A stretch of DNA of 64,000 nt. Source: Octopus sinensis. Lineage: Eukaryota. The translations under genes were made by a program, and so were the position numbers. Where the stretch lies: NCBI RefSeq assembly GCF_006345805.1, contig NC_042998.1, forward strand, positions 192,200,001 to 192,264,000, in the 5' to 3' direction. Numbering within the stretch: the first letter of the stretch is position 1; every line of letters starts with the position of its first letter. Positions 39,994 through 55,430 of this stretch are shown here, in pieces. The notes below the pieces were generated by a model. It was not told the origin of the DNA. It did not search any database and was given only the letters and a program-made list of their open reading frames with translations.

Positions 39994-40879
39994 CATATGT
40001 TTTTGTGTTTTTCTAGCTGTGTTTGTTACCAATCACCTCTTTACAACGGATGCTGATCCGTTTATGTCTTGTAACCTAGCGGTTCGTCAACGTGATAAAT
40101 TAAATACGAATCTTAAAAAAATAAGTATGCAGATGGCTTCTTTCGACTAAAATTTTCAAGGTGGTGCCCCAGCCTGGCACCAGCGGAATGATAATAATAA
40201 GTAAAGTGTAAAAAGTATCCTACAAATACAATTAAGACGTTTTCATGGCCCACGATTACGTAGAAATTATATGGTCAATTGAATGTTATTTTATCTAACA
40301 CGGGACGAAATAAAGAAGTCATTGACATCAGAACGTTGAATAAGAATTTCGATATGGACCTCTACTTCGACTTGCTAGAAATATTAGACAAATCTACCAC
40401 GACCTTCTTACATATAGAAGGCTACATTCCATAATATAGCTCTAGATATATCACGCTTAAGTGAAAGGTAGTATAACAGCAATTTGAGTCCCTTTGATCA
40501 TAAATATCCTCGAACACGACTGACGTGAAGCTAAACAAAATCAATAAACATTCTAACCTCCAAAAATATATAACAGTGATTGGTTAAACTACAAACGTCC
40601 GACAATAAGAAATTAACTAGGATTACATCACTACCATGTCTTACGTGTTTCATCATCCTCAGAGAAAAATGAACGACGTTTTGAGGGAAGACATTCGGCG
40701 AAAGCGATAGGATCTGTGGAGTAAGAAGAATTGGATTCTTCAAAACGACAATTAACCGAAATATTTCCTTTTACTAACAAAAGGTGTTTTATATCGTATT
40801 ACTTACATGGGGTATTTTTTGTAAATAATTCGCTTCGACCAGTGACTTGCTTACAATTATTTGATCATATCTACATTAG

Positions 40880-41180
40880 TGGAGGCACATGGCCTAGTGG
40901 TTAGAGCAGCAGACTCGCAGTCGAGGGACCGCGGGTTCTAATCTCAGACCGGGCGATGTGTGCTGTTTATGAGCAAAACACCTAAGCTCCACGCGGCTCC
41001 GGCAGAAGGTAATGGCGAACTTCTGCTGACTCTTTCGCCACAACTTTCTCTCACTCTTTCCTCCTGCATCTTGCAGCTCACCTGGGACGGACCCGCATCC
41101 CATCCAGGTGGGGAACCTATACGCCAAGGAAACCGGGAAACCGGCCTTTATGAGCCAGGCATGGCTCAAGAAGGAACAAA
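40880..41180 (+). mobile_element. SINE family C, tail variant 3
   Basis: Near-identical to 12833-13135. Confidence 0.9.
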
Positions 41181-43275
41181 TGTATCTACAACAAGACGTA
41201 ATCAAGATAAGTTTGAAAACAATGTTGTTGGATAATTTGCTGTCAAATTATGAGTGGTATATTAAGCATAATTATTTAGAGTAAGGCAGATTGACGGATG
41301 ATTCAGTTATGATATAAGCATTAGTATTAATATTAAACAACCTATGTAAGGTAAAACAGTATCTTTTTGTTTTCATTCATTGACATAGCCTTACAAAAAT
41401 TGTTTAACCGAACGTTTTGCAAACATTTTTCTCGTTTATTAAGATATTTATATTCTCAAGATATTTAGCAAACATTCACATTGTACTGTATTTTCAAAAC
41501 ATATTTTGCACTATTAATGATAGTTTCATATTTTGCCACAGTTTGCCAGTATTATGTCTCTGGTACAGATAGAAAAAGGCTCTTCCTCTTAGATGAAACG
41601 GCAGTTCCCCCGTGTAAACACCAGAACATCCATATAAAGAATTAATTACACTTGTTACAAATATTTTCAACTCCGTCACTCTTTTTCTTCTCCTTCCTCT
41701 TTTGTCTCATATTCTAGCTACCTTTGTCTTATCCAATGTACACAATAGTTTTCTATGCTTCTCTCTCTTTCATTGCTTGAATTCATTAATACTTATATTT
41801 ATAACCGCTTCACTCATTGTTTCCAGCCACATCATCGAGCTTTGATGTTCTTGTAATTGCGTTTCCGATAATTGTTTTTCACCTGCATCCGCTCATATAT
41901 ATTCGTTAATTCCACACTTACGCTCAAATTGAACTAATACTAATTATATTTTATTAGTTGCAACAAATAACATCTGAAACCCATTTCTCTCAATCTTTTT
42001 CGTCATTTTTGCCCTTTCATTAATCTCCGTATTTAATCTCTCTGTATTTATCTTTGTATTCTCGCTTCATTGTTTATATCCTAGACCTTCAGTAACAATT
42101 TAATAATTTGTACTTTTATTAATCATAGTGTTGGTAAATTTGTTTTATTAAACCGCTATTGATATTATATTTTTGCACTTTAATATGCCCAAATAATACA
42201 CACACACACACTTTACTTTTGTAATATATACCGTATAACAAGCTTAGACTATATATTTAATCATCATTCTCCTAACTAGATTAATTCTATTATTTGACGA
42301 TGATTTATATTTACTATATATCCACTATTTTCCCGTCTTTCCTTTATGTTACAATGTTCTCTGTGTTCATTCCCCAAAACTCATAAATCTCTGTAGACTC
42401 TCTAATGATTCCTTTGGCTATTACACTTAGATTGTTTTGCTAATAATGTCTAATAAGACAGAAACAAGTCTGTAGCTGTCACAGTAATACTAAAGCTCTA
42501 TTATGGCAAGTATTGTTGTTCCTACTTAACTATTTATCTGAAAGTCTGTAATGATAGGAATCACAAACATAATTTGAAACATAAAACTCAATATATTTTT
42601 CTAATGCAACTTCATATTTGCTACAGCGTTATCCAACTAATGTAGCCTACTTGAACACATTTCCTGTAGCTGTCACTTCTATTATTAAATACTAAGACAC
42701 ATCTCAAGTGAATCATCTACAAAAATTTTCCATTTACATAAATGGTTAATGGAGTGCGAATTTACGGATATACAATTGTAGTAAACAATTATATAAATCA
42801 ACGAATTCTTTGGAGCTATGCAGTTAAATAGGAAGCATTTGGAGACATTGATATATTAGATTAGTTACGTTTCGGTTGGTTAGTTCGGGCGATCTCTAAT
42901 TGAAGTTTACAATATATTTATACGTGTTTGTGTGTTTAGACGTGTTTATATGTGTTTTGGTTTTGCTGCTGTCATTGTGTTTGACCTCATGTCACTTTTC
43001 ATTAAGCAAACAAATTTCAAAAGTATTCCATGATCAACCCCATCTATTTTTGTGTTTTGGATTACATTATACAATAGATATTTCGTTTTAAAAACTCCAC
43101 AGTTTAAAAGTTTAAAATACATGAGCTACAACTGCTGTTTCTTGATGGTCGTGTTGCTACGTAAGTTTTTCCTCGTTGGCTTGTATGTATTTAAAAGCAT
43201 GTGATATTTTCTTCTTCTTAGAAAAATAGTAGGGAGTAACATTGTAGACGATAAAATACTGTTGATGAGTATATA

Positions 43276-43875
43276 CGAGGGGGTACCCAAAAGTAACCAG
43301 AAACGTCCACTTGATGCGACACTCAGACATCCCTCTACCGTCCAGCGTCGTCGGCTGTAGTCCTACTGCCTCGAGGTGCGTCTTTGTTTTGCAGTGCTCC
43401 TCCCCTGTTCGACGATTTTTGTAAAGGCTGAAACGAAGGAACAGAGTGCTTCCGTGGAATTCTGTTTTCTGCTGGGGAAAACGGCCGCCGAAACAGTTGT
43501 TGTGCTTGTAACAGCTTACATGGACGCTGCCACGAGGAAAACACAAGCAAAACACGAGTGTGTTTTCACACTTTAGGAATGGTCCTTTGAAGACCAACCT
43601 CGTTCAGGGCGTCCGTTGATCACCCAAACGAATGAAAGCAATATGAAATATGAAAATTCATAAACTGATTTTGGAGGACCATCACCGAACAATTAACGAA
43701 CTTGATAACATGACTGGTGTGTTTTTGGAGCTCCTATCAACGAATTTTGAGCGACGAATTGCGAATCAAAAGAGTTGCGGCGAAATTTGTGTCTCACCTG
43801 CTCATGGAAGATCAAAAGCAATCACGACTAAATGCGTGTCGTGAACTGAAAGAACAGCAGGAAATTAATACGGAT
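43276..43875 (+). mobile_element. Mariner remnant: 5' TIR and decayed transposase N-terminus
   Basis: TA followed by CGAGGGGGTACCCAAAAGTAACC; EQSASVEFCFLLGKTAAET...EDQPRSGRP...RILSDELRIKRVAAKFVSHLL; no 3' TIR seen. Confidence 0.88.
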
Positions 43876-44188
43876 AGATACATAATGAAAAATAGAATGA
43901 ACGACATACCTTTTTTTTAAATCACTGTAATTGTTTCGACACGTTTTAGACCTGTGTAAATGCTGTGTATTCATTACATTACATCCAAGGTGTGGTATCT
44001 GTCCATTCACTTGATGATTTAAATAAGATCTTCGTTGTTCCTCCTGCCATTTCATTCAGTTTGATATTGTATATCCAAATTAATGTGTCATTTCTAGCAG
44101 TTCACAGATGGAATTATAACCCGAGATACTGTTACAGACAAGATATAATTATAATTAAAATAGAAAATACACTGTTAAAGTAAATATG

Positions 44189-44246
<58 letters not shown>

Positions 44247-44256
44247 GAAAGACAGA

Positions 44257-44293
<37 letters not shown>

Positions 44294-44642
44294 ATAGATA
44301 GATAGATAAATGTAACTAAAACGGACCGGTTGAATATAAACTTATATACTATCTGAGGGTCAGTTTATGAGGAAGAACGTATTAGACAGACTAAAGAATA
44401 GATTAATGGATCAAATAATCTAAACATTCAGTTAGGATTGTTATTTATAGGTAACCTAACCCTTTTTTTTTGTGGTCTATCTCTATATATCTGTATTTTG
44501 TATTTTGATTATAATTGTATTTTGTCTCCCACTTTACCCTTAAGGGTATAATTTTGATTGAAAATAACACATCACTTTTGGAATGCGTTGTCACACTACG
44601 TGAAGTGACTGACGGATCTAGTGAATGACTTATTCTCTCTAT

Positions 44643-44860
44643 ACTCTTTTACTTGTTTCAGTCATTTGACTGCGGCCATGCTGGAGCACCACCTTTAATC
44701 GAGCAACTCGACCCCCGGGACTTATTCTTTTGTAAGCCCAGTACTTATTCGATCGGTCTCTTTTGCCGAACTGCTAAGTAACGGGGACATAAACACACCA
44801 GCATTGGTTGTCAAGCAATGCTAGGGGGACAAACACAGACACACAAACACACACACACGC
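44643..44860 (-). mobile_element. SINE family A, 3' half only
   Basis: Breaks at the internal microsatellite. Confidence 0.88.
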
Positions 44861-46664
44861 ATATATATATATATATATATGATACATATATATTATATAT
44901 TTATATATATATATGATATATATATTATATACATATATATATAAATATATATAATATATATACATATATTATATATATATATGAGATAAATATATAATAT
45001 ATAATATATATCATATTTTATTTGTATAATGCATTTCCTCTACCAGTACCTAAATTCGTGGTTTCTTTCGATAAATGATAAATGAATTCTAGATAAAAGG
45101 ATGTATTGTTCTTCATTAGTGCAACGTTTCTTTTGAGCTAATAATATATTTCCGGCTTCAAGTGTTTAATGGAATTTAGTGTAGTTTTATGTCTGAATTT
45201 TAATGCCATCTTACTAGAACTATCTGCTGCGTTGAGATGCTATTGTGAGCATTGACTTACGTTGACTATCAGATATATAGTTTTCATTGTCTTTTCATTG
45301 CTACTTTTGAGACATGCAACAGCTACAAATTGTTTAATAGTCAACGATATCTACCTGTTTGAACACAGTATAAGCACAACTGCCTCTTCATACGCTGTGT
45401 AACCCTCATGATCTACAGTGTGTTATTAACATAGAAACGAACGACATACATTCGACAGTCATACGACACATAATATGCTTTTCCAGTTCTGCAAGCCGTT
45501 GGCATGAATACCTGTACTGATTCCATGGCTGTTTGTTTCATAGAATTCAAACCTGTTTGACATTTTATGACAAAATGAAGAAAATACATGCCAACTGATT
45601 TCATAGCGTCCTTGTTTTGTTTCTTTTTTAAAAAAATACACTGTGATTAAATAACAAGCGTGACCTTTTCAATGGGAGACTATTCTTTGAAGCGGAATAT
45701 TATTTTGGATTGAGACATATGGAAATAAACACTATATTTTAGAATCGTTATGTTATTGACATTTATTTCACCTCGCAGCTTTACCATATTTAAAGAACAG
45801 TTTAAAAATTAGAATTGATGGTGTGTTTTAGTCTTTATTTCTAATAGAACATTACACAAACTCTACGACAAGTTTTTCCAGCAATTAATATATTTCTTAT
45901 TTCTTTTGTAACAATTTTGTTTCTCCTATAATTTATTATTATCATGCCATCAGCTAACCTTCTTTACATGCCTATGAGTTAGAATAAATCTAAATAGGTG
46001 CAGATCTTCTTCATCTTTATTTTGCAAGCCTCAACTCCATTGATGGAAAGTATGCTACCCAAATGTCAATATTCAACTTTTTTCCGTTGATAATGAAATG
46101 AATGTAATTTAATGTCACTTAATATCCTTAAAATCTGAATGACATTTGTAATGACACAATTCAGTAAGTTATTCAAAGTGTAAATTATTTCTTTTTTGTA
46201 TAGTATCTCGTTGACGTCATATTTACTCCGAGATCTTATAGGAGCAGCGAAAACGTGCCTATCTATTGTTTATGTCTTGACGAAACTGTTGTTTATTAAC
46301 CGGCAGTTTAGCACCCAAAGCAATGTTTCCTATTTGAAAAACAAATTATTTTACTGAATGATAAAAATACATCTCGAAGCTTTATGCTGGTGATTAGAAC
46401 ATTGTTTTTGTCTTGACCAGGCACAACATTCTTGTATTGTAGAAGAAAAAAATGAGAAGCTATGAAAATAATATAGTTTTACAGATTAATGATTTTAAGT
46501 GAAGTGACCTTACATACAACCAACAAACATTCGTTCAAATCCACTCGTTGCTCTACTTTATAATAATTATATTGAAACGTATTTGTAATGTGATATGGAA
46601 TGCGAGGAAATTTGTTTAAGCATTCCAAACCATTTTGCATAATTTCATTTTAACTAATATTCAC

Positions 46665-47072
46665 AGGCGCAGGTGTGGCTGTGTGGTAAGTAGCTTGCTA
46701 ACAAACCACATGGTTCCGGGTTCAGTCCCACTGCGTGGCACCTTGTGCAAGTGTCTTCTGCTATAGCCCCGGGCCGACCAATGCCTTGTGAGTGGATTTG
46801 GTAGACAGAAACTGAAAGAAGCCTGTCGTATATATGTATATATATGTTTGTGTGTGTATGTGTTTGTGTGTCTGTCTTTGTCCCCCTAACATTGCTTGAC
46901 AACCGATGCTGGTGTGTTTACGTCCCCGTCACGTAGCGGTTCGGCAAAAGAGACCGATAGAATAAGTACTGGGCTTACAAAGAATAAGTGCCGGGGTCGA
47001 TTTGCTCGACTAAAGGCGGTGCTCCAGCATGGTCGCAGCCAAATGACTGAAACAAGTAAAAGAGTAAAGAGT
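46665..47072 (+). mobile_element. SINE family A, full length
   Basis: Complete copy. Confidence 0.92.
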
Positions 47073-47660
47073 ATATGTCAAGTGGTACAATTTTATTGAA
47101 TATATAAAATATGTCGATAACGATTTTAATCCACAACATAATAGACGAAAGGCATAAAAACACCCAACTCCTAGCAACAACATCGCGTAAAAACCAATGA
47201 CATTTTTCATAACCATAGATTTCTGTTTAAGAACAGAATCTTTTGAGGAAACTCCAATTAACTACTAGACCCATTAGTACAGTGCTTACTTGACGTATAC
47301 ATTGTATTTTGCGATTTCGACTGTCACCAGGTTAATAATACCACATGGCCCTTAGAATTTAGTGCATTGAAGCAAGATTTGCTGCTTGAGAATGACTGCT
47401 TTTCAGCCCCCCACCCCCCTCCAGTCTGAGAAGTTCTCGGAATGGTCATGAGTGTGTTCTTCCTTCACAAACAAAGTAGTAAAAGGATGTTTCACATCGA
47501 TGTAGAAATGTCAACACATAAGCTACATATCAGACAAACTTATCGGATTCTTTAGTTCAATCTAAAGAACCATCATGTCTTGAAAATATTGGGATCGAAT
47601 TAAGCCAGTGTTCTCTGATTTGGGTTTGTATCTGCCAACCGTATATATTATATATATACA

Positions 47661-47829
47661 GACGACAGGTTTCTTTCTGTTTCCGCCTACCAAATCCACT
47701 CAGAAGGCTTTGGACAGCCAGAGACTATAGTAGAAGACACTTGCCCAATGTTCTACGCAGTGAGACTCATCAACCCGGAGCCATGTGTTGCGGAAGCAAG
47801 CTTCTTACCACACAGCCATCCCTACGCCT
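47661..47829 (-). mobile_element. SINE family A, 5' half only
   Basis: Head and 5' body end at a short TA run. Confidence 0.8.
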
Positions 47830-47899
47830 ATAGATATTTATTTTTGCCATGCTGGACCGCTGAAATCTACTAGTTTTTTTTTTCTTTTTCATTCTCTCT

Positions 47900-48050
47900 C
47901 TATTTTTTTCTCCTATTCTTTTCTGTTGAAGAGCGTAGGCTCTAAACGTAAAATACTTCTTCATTTTCCTGAGCGTCAAACTAATGCACTTGCTTGTAGT
48001 TCGTACACCTGCCTTCGTTTTTTGTTTTTCTATAAATTTCACTATATATG
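47900..48050 (+). mobile_element. Hammerhead-bearing unit (subfamily 3), solo copy followed by (TA)n
   Basis: 47919-47954 reads TTTT-CTGTTGA-A-GAGC-GTAG-GCTC-TAAA-C-GTA-AAAT; downstream TTCCTGAGCG shared with the 38020 and 52811 copies. Confidence 0.68.
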
Positions 48051-48199
48051 CATATATAAATTATATATATATATATTATATTATATATATATATATATAT
48101 ATATGGTGTGTGTGGTGTGTGTGTGTGTGTGTGTGTGTGATGTGTGTGTGTGTGTGTGTTGTGTGTGCGTGGTATGTGTGTATGTATGTATATATATAC

Positions 48200-48260
<61 letters not shown>

Positions 48261-48307
48261 TTACATACATACATATATATATACATATATATATATATAC
48301 ATATATA

Positions 48308-48347
<40 letters not shown>

Positions 48348-49343
48348 GTATAAATAAGGATAATATCGATATTTAAATATTGATATTATCAAGTGGCCAG
48401 CATGGGAAAAAATACCATACAAAGGTAATAATTTTTTACAACTAAAAATAAGGGTGTCTGAGAGACACCACCATGCCGAAATAGCAGTCAAATCCCTGAC
48501 TCAAAAGACCACCTTAAATGTCCATATCGCACCATGAGATAAGACAGAGGGACAAAATAGACTAGCAAAAAGATATTACTGAATAATTCAAGATCCCGGA
48601 TTTCTAGCTTTGCTTTAAATAAGCGTTGCCGTCATCAGTTGAATATATCAGAGCAAATAAATACAAATATATATATATATATATACTATTATCATAACCC
48701 GATTTCATTCGGGTCTACCCTGGCAACATTTTAAAGACAAGGAATTTTGCCCTAGATGCCACGCCTTTCAATTGAGCCTTTCAATCTGACCACATTTACT
48801 AACACTTTTACCTGCACAACTGCTTCTGAGACTACGTCCCCCCGTTTTCACAAATGTATAGTAAATATATACTCATACATATTTTCTCAGGAAAACATGA
48901 TGAGGAAGCTAATTTCAGTATCTATGGAACAGTCCTAACAATGTATCACATGCTGCGTTGCCCGTTATTGGATTCTCCTTTTCGAATCATTTGACAAATA
49001 ACGCCAGAATGTGCAAGATTAGGTTTCCAGAACGTGGAGAATTTTTTTACAGACGCAGAAATAGTAATAATTAATGTTGTTTACATTGTCACTACTATAA
49101 TATTGTAACCAGTTATTACATGCTGACTGCGCAGATCATTAATTCTTATCGGCATACAAATTTAAATTTGTAGAAATTTCATCATTATATAAAACCTTCC
49201 CTTTTAATACACATGCACACACTCAAACACATACTCACACACACATACACATTCACACAATACTCAATACGATGTGTGTACGTGAGTATGCCTATTTGCA
49301 AATGACTATGAATATTATTATATAATACAATACACACACACAT

Positions 49344-49425
<82 letters not shown>

Positions 49426-49587
49426 TTATATTTATATTAAGGACATATATATGCGCGCGTATGTGTGTATGGCGTGATATAGCTCTGCGCGGGAATCTTT
49501 ATATGTATGTGGATATATATATATATATATAATATATAGAGAGAGAGAGGAGAGAGAGAGGAGATACATATATATATATATACATAC

Positions 49588-49654
<67 letters not shown>

Positions 49655-50197
49655 TGTATTTCTATGTGAATTATTATACTCACACAGACAGGCATAAACA
49701 CACGCACGCACACACTTGCTGCTGTAAAAATAATTATGATTATTTTTGTGGCAATTTCGATAATAAAAACGGTAGATTTTGATGATTGCAGTTTTGGCAC
49801 AGATTGAATCTTTACATGAACTAAATGTTGGAGTAAAAGAAGGTATCAGAGAAATCATATCAAGCGGGCATTTCTATCATTTTAATGAACTGTGAATGTA
49901 CGAAGCAATGAGAAGATATTTTCCATACTATTTAATAATTACAATTATTTTTCGAAGGAAAGATGCTTGCCAAATTTAAATTATAGATAAAAATTTAAAA
50001 TTTAAAATTAAAGCATATTTAGATTTCGCGTTGTTCTTCATCGTGCAATTGGTGTCGTTATTACGCATCGTAAATGAACCGTTCTCAAAGAATGCTAATC
50101 ACTGGGCTACGCTGGAACTCTAAGCGTCGGCTGAACAGTTATATATTGTTGCTCCCTCAAACCCTAACTTCTTTCATAAGTGAATTAGATAAATAAT

Positions 50198-50560
50198 CAG
50201 GAGGCGCATTTGCCCAGTGGTTAGGGCAGCGGACTTGCAGTCGTAGGATCGCGGTTTCGATTCCCAGACCGAGCGTTGTGAGTGTTTATTGAGCGAAAAC
50301 ACCTAAAGCTCCACGAGGCTCCGGTAGGGATGGTGGTGATCCCTGCTGTACTCTTTCACCACAACTCTCTCTCTCTCTTACTTCCTGTTTCTGTTGTGCC
50401 TGTATTTCAAAGGGCCGGCCTTGTCACTCTCTGTGTCACGCTGATTATCCCCGAGAACTACGTTAAGGGTACACGTGTTTGTGGAGTGCTCAGTCACTTA
50501 CACGTTAATTTCACGAGCAGGCTGTTTCGTTGATCGGATCAACTGGAACCCTCGTCGTCG
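50198..50560 (+). mobile_element. SINE family C, tail variant 2
   Basis: 10-bp TSD GATAAATAAT (50188-50197 and 50561-50570). Confidence 0.9.
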
Positions 50561-50989
50561 GATAAATAATAATAAAATAGAAAGGAAGACACTTTGATGC
50601 AATCCTGATTAAAATATGGAAGGTCCAGAGTGAAAACTATTTGGTTATGTTGTAGTCTGTTATGTTGAAGGCTGGATGAAACTAAGCAATGAATCAACGG
50701 TGAGATCTCTTATGGTTTCTTTCGCGTCATTGATGACGCCATGGTCTGTCATGCTAAATATACATGCAAATATATATGTATATTTAAAATCAGTGGGTGA
50801 TCGGTACATTGACATGAGAAATAATGTATCTTTTCCGACGTATATTACGAAATCAGTAATAAAATGTAGGTGACTGGCCGGATAGATCCTTAGAAATTTA
50901 AGAGGAAGAGAACGGGAAACCGAGACGGTCCTCTGGGGGACATATGTCCCCAACTGTTAAGAATTTTGCTTCCAACAATGATCACCACG

Positions 50990-51470
50990 CAGTGTTAAAT
51001 CAACGGCGAAACTCGAAGAAATCTAACGCCTGAATGCCAAAGGTCATCTACTGGGAAAGACGAAGTTAGTGGAGTCTCTACTGCCGTGTACAAAGGCGTG
51101 AAAGATCTGCAGTGTTATACGTCTGGAAAATCCTCGAAGGACTTGTACTAAACTTTGGCCTTGAAAGTTAAAGAAGAACCAGAATATGGTGCCACTGCAT
51201 AGTGACCACGTTTTCAATATCGCCATCATGGATGAGGACCAGATACTGCAATATCTTAGGTTTCAAGTGCTAACAGCTCTTCAAAATCACAACGAAAAGC
51301 CCTAGAGACCTGCATAGGGTGCATGTCGGTGTTTTCATAACGAAATGGGATTTCTTCCTATCAGGTATTCCGGATGAACCCACCTAGTGGCAGGAAACGC
51401 AAATAAGGGCAGCCACTTCAAACCCCTTCGTTCACCAAATACCACATATCAGAGGATTGAAGTAATGAAA
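50990..51470 (+). mobile_element. Old CR1/L2-group LINE 3' fragment
   Basis: YWERRS*WSLYCRVQRRERSAVLYVWKILEGLVLNFGLES*...LRDLHRVHVGVFITKWDFFLSGIPDEPT. Confidence 0.75.
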
Positions 51471-51494
51471 GCGTAGCAAAACTAAAGCTGATGT

Positions 51495-52328
51495 TCCAGA
51501 ATGTATTCATTTATGTATGTATGCATGCATGCATGCATGTATGTATGTATGTATGTATGTATGTATGTATGTATACATGCATGTATGTATGTATGTACGC
51601 ATGCATGTATGTATGTATATATGTATGTATGCATGCATGCATGCATGCATGCATGCATGTATGTATGTATGTATGTATGTATGTATGCATGCATGCATGC
51701 ATGCATGCATGTATGTATGTATGTATGTATGCAAGCATGTATATATGTATGTATGCATGCATGCATGCATGTATGCATGCATGCATGTATGTATGTATGT
51801 GTGCATGCATGTATGCATGCATTTATGTATGTATGTATGTATGTGTGTATGTATGTATGTATGTATGTATGCATGCATGCATGTATGCATGTATGTATGT
51901 ATGTATGTGTGCATACATGTATGCATGCTTGTATGTATGTATGTATGTATGCATGCATGCATGCATGCATGTATGTATGTATGTATGTATGTGTGTATGT
52001 ATGTATGTATGCATGCATGCATGTATGTATGTATGTATGTATGCATGCATGCATGCATGCATGTATGTATGTATGTATGCATGCATGCATGCATGTATGT
52101 ATGTATGTATGTATGTATGTATGTATGTATGCATGCATGCATGTATGTATGTATGTATGCATGCATGTATGTATGTATGTATGTATGTATGCATGCATGT
52201 ATGTATGTATGTATGTATGCATGCATGTATGTATGTATGTATGTATGCATGCATGCATGTATGTATGTATGTATGTATATATGTATGTATGTATGTATGT
52301 ATGTTTGTATGTATGTATGTATGTATGC
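51495..52328. repeat. About 830-bp compound (ATGT)n/(ATGC)n tetranucleotide array
   Basis: Direct reading; source of the MYVC/HTYI ORFs. Confidence 0.97.
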
Positions 52329-52810
52329 TTTTACGGGTACTCATGTTCTTAAGCTCGTAGAAAACTTTAGAAGATTTCAGTCTATTGCAAGCTTTCAAAT
52401 GAAAACAGCAGAATCATCCACATCTACATTTTTTGCATACGTGCTGAGGTTAGATATCATCTGCATAAATATAACCTGTCTTAAGAAGTTCTGTAACCTA
52501 GGTTTTCATGTGGTTATGTCATATATTTATGTAGTCCGCAATCTGCATTTTTCTTTGTAACCCGTAATAGATGTATTTTTGTACATTCCTTATCCGTTAA
52601 GGGATGCATTATTTGTACGTTCCTCATCTTTTGCAACCATTTAAAATTACAATTATGTAACATACAGCATTCATGAGCATTCTTGTTATTCGTGTATAAA
52701 TTCACATTGAACATGCAGTACGTGCACAATGCATTTATTGGTTTTTTTTATCTAACACACATCACAGACACACATATAAATATATGAATATATATGTGTA
52801 TATAGACATA

Positions 52811-52952
52811 TCTGTTTCTGACGAAGAGCTCCGCTCGAAGCGTTAAATCCTCCTTCTTTCTTTCCTCTTTCCTGAGCGTCCAATAACACTATACTTGTTC
52901 CACGTCCTAGCGTTGTTGTGTTTTCTCTTTGTGTTTTCATGTTTGGATTAAC

Positions 52953-52955
<3 letters not shown>
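52811..52955 (+). mobile_element. Hammerhead-bearing element (subfamily 2), 5'-truncated, in TA-rich repeats
   Basis: 52814-52848 reads GTTT-CTGACGA-A-GAGC-TCC-GCTC-GAAG-C-GTT-AAAT. Confidence 0.72.
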
Positions 52956-53009
<54 letters not shown>

Positions 53010-54239
53010 GCATCCACACACACACACAACACACACACACACACAAATATATATATATAAACAGAATGCACGCATGTATATTGGCATATATATATATATA
53101 TGCATGTACATACATATATGTATATATATATGAATACATATATACACACACTCACACATATATGTATATATACATACATATGTATGTATAAAAACAGACA
53201 CGCACATATATGTTTATATGTATATATATATTGGTGTATATATATATATATATATATATAGATAGATAGATAGATATATGTGAATGGGTGTCTGTATGGG
53301 GGTACATGATAGATAAAGGGGTATATATTATTCTTTCTTTCTAGTATTTAGTGAATAAATATATATCATTAAAATGAAAATTCGTAATGTTCTATATATT
53401 TTTATCTTTTTATTTACAATACCATGCAACCGATGTAAAATACGTTCGCAACTAAACCTAGAATTATAATTTAGAAAATAATGGCGCACAACGGTCGAGA
53501 CTAAATTATACATTGGGAAAACTATTTACTAGATAGGATCTCTATACATCCATTATGCGTGTGTGTTTGTGTGTGGTGCGTGTGTCTGTGAACGTATGTC
53601 TGTGTGTGTATTGCGTATATGAATATATTTAATTTTTGGAGTATATTTTTGCATTTGCAATAAAGAAATGTGCATTCATATCTAATTTGGGAAAGGCGGG
53701 TTAAACAATAAACCCTCACTTGTGTTGCTATATTCTCCGCTCAATTTTAGACAAAAAAAAATTGTATATATCACAGATGTTCTCTCATTATTTTTCTTAC
53801 TAATCTTGCGAAAGTTTTTTTTCGTCTGACACATGTATACACAAAACCAATGCATACACACACACACACACACACACACCACACACATACATACAACATA
53901 CAGCTATGCATATGGATAGACTTATACATTAATAAATCATATATGTATGTACGTATGCATTCATATAGATGTTAATGTATGTTATTAATACATAGTCAAA
54001 CATAAGAGCATTAAAACATTATTAGAGAAAGCACTCAATACGTATGTATAATGTGAATGAACTATTTCTAAATAAAAAAGTTTGACAACTTTTGTAATAA
54101 CATGTGAGTGAGTGAGTAAGTGAGTGAGTGAGTGAGTGAGTGAGTAAGAAGAGTTTTAGAGAGAGAGTATTTGTACATATGGGTGTATACATATCATAAT
54201 AGCATAAATTGTTGCAAACACACATATACGACTATCATG

Positions 54240-54324
54240 ATCTATAATCTATCCATCATATATATGTGTATATATATATATATATTATATATATATAGAT
54301 TATAGATATATATATTATATATAT

Positions 54325-54357
<33 letters not shown>

Positions 54358-54389
54358 ATATATATATACAAATATATATAACTATATAT

Positions 54390-54476
<87 letters not shown>

Positions 54477-54560
54477 AATATATATATAATATTATATATA
54501 TATATAGATATATATATATTATATATATATATAATATATATATATTACATATATATATTA
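54240..54560. repeat. Imperfect (TA)n array
   Basis: Direct reading. Confidence 0.95.
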
Positions 54561-54804
54561 CACATTTACGCATATCTATTTTTGTGCACATAACAATATG
54601 CGGAAAGGACTGATAAAATTATTAAAAAATATTTTTAATGCTATCCTGGAAGAAATAAAGAAAATCTCATCAAAGTAAAAGAGAAAGAGACGGAATCTTA
54701 ACTTAATTCTACCAACAGTTCTAAATTGATCTTTCTACAATCATTTTAATAACCAACCAGACAAATCGATAATATGGGGCATCTGTTGAATAATAATGAT
54801 AAAG

Positions 54805-54847
54805 GTAATAATAATAATAATAATATAATAATAATAATGATAATAAC

Positions 54848-54880
<33 letters not shown>

Positions 54881-55012
54881 AATAATAATGATAATAATAA
54901 TAATAATAATATAATAATAATAATATAATAATGATAATATAATAATAATAAATATAAAAATCAATGATAATATATAATAATATAATAATAATAATATATG
55001 ATAATAATAATG

Positions 55013-55043
<31 letters not shown>

Positions 55044-55215
55044 TAATAATGATAATAATAATAATAATAATGATGATGCTAATAATGATAATAATAATAA
55101 TAATAATAGTAATAATAATAATGATAATGATAATAATAAATAATAATAATAATAATAATATAATAATAATAATGATGCTAATAATGATAATAATAATAAT
55201 AATAATAATAATGAC
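54805..55215. repeat. (TAA)n/(TGA)n trinucleotide array
   Basis: Direct reading. Confidence 0.95.
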
Positions 55216-55375
55216 GTCTTACCACACATTATCTCTTTAGATTTTAGATGTTTTTTGTTTCTTTTTTTACCTAATTTCAATTAGAATCAAGAGAGATTGC
55301 TCTTGCGTATTCACGCAAGCAAATAACTTGTGTCTATGTGTGTATGTGTATATGTGCGTGTGCGTATGTTTGTAT

Positions 55376-55430
<55 letters not shown>

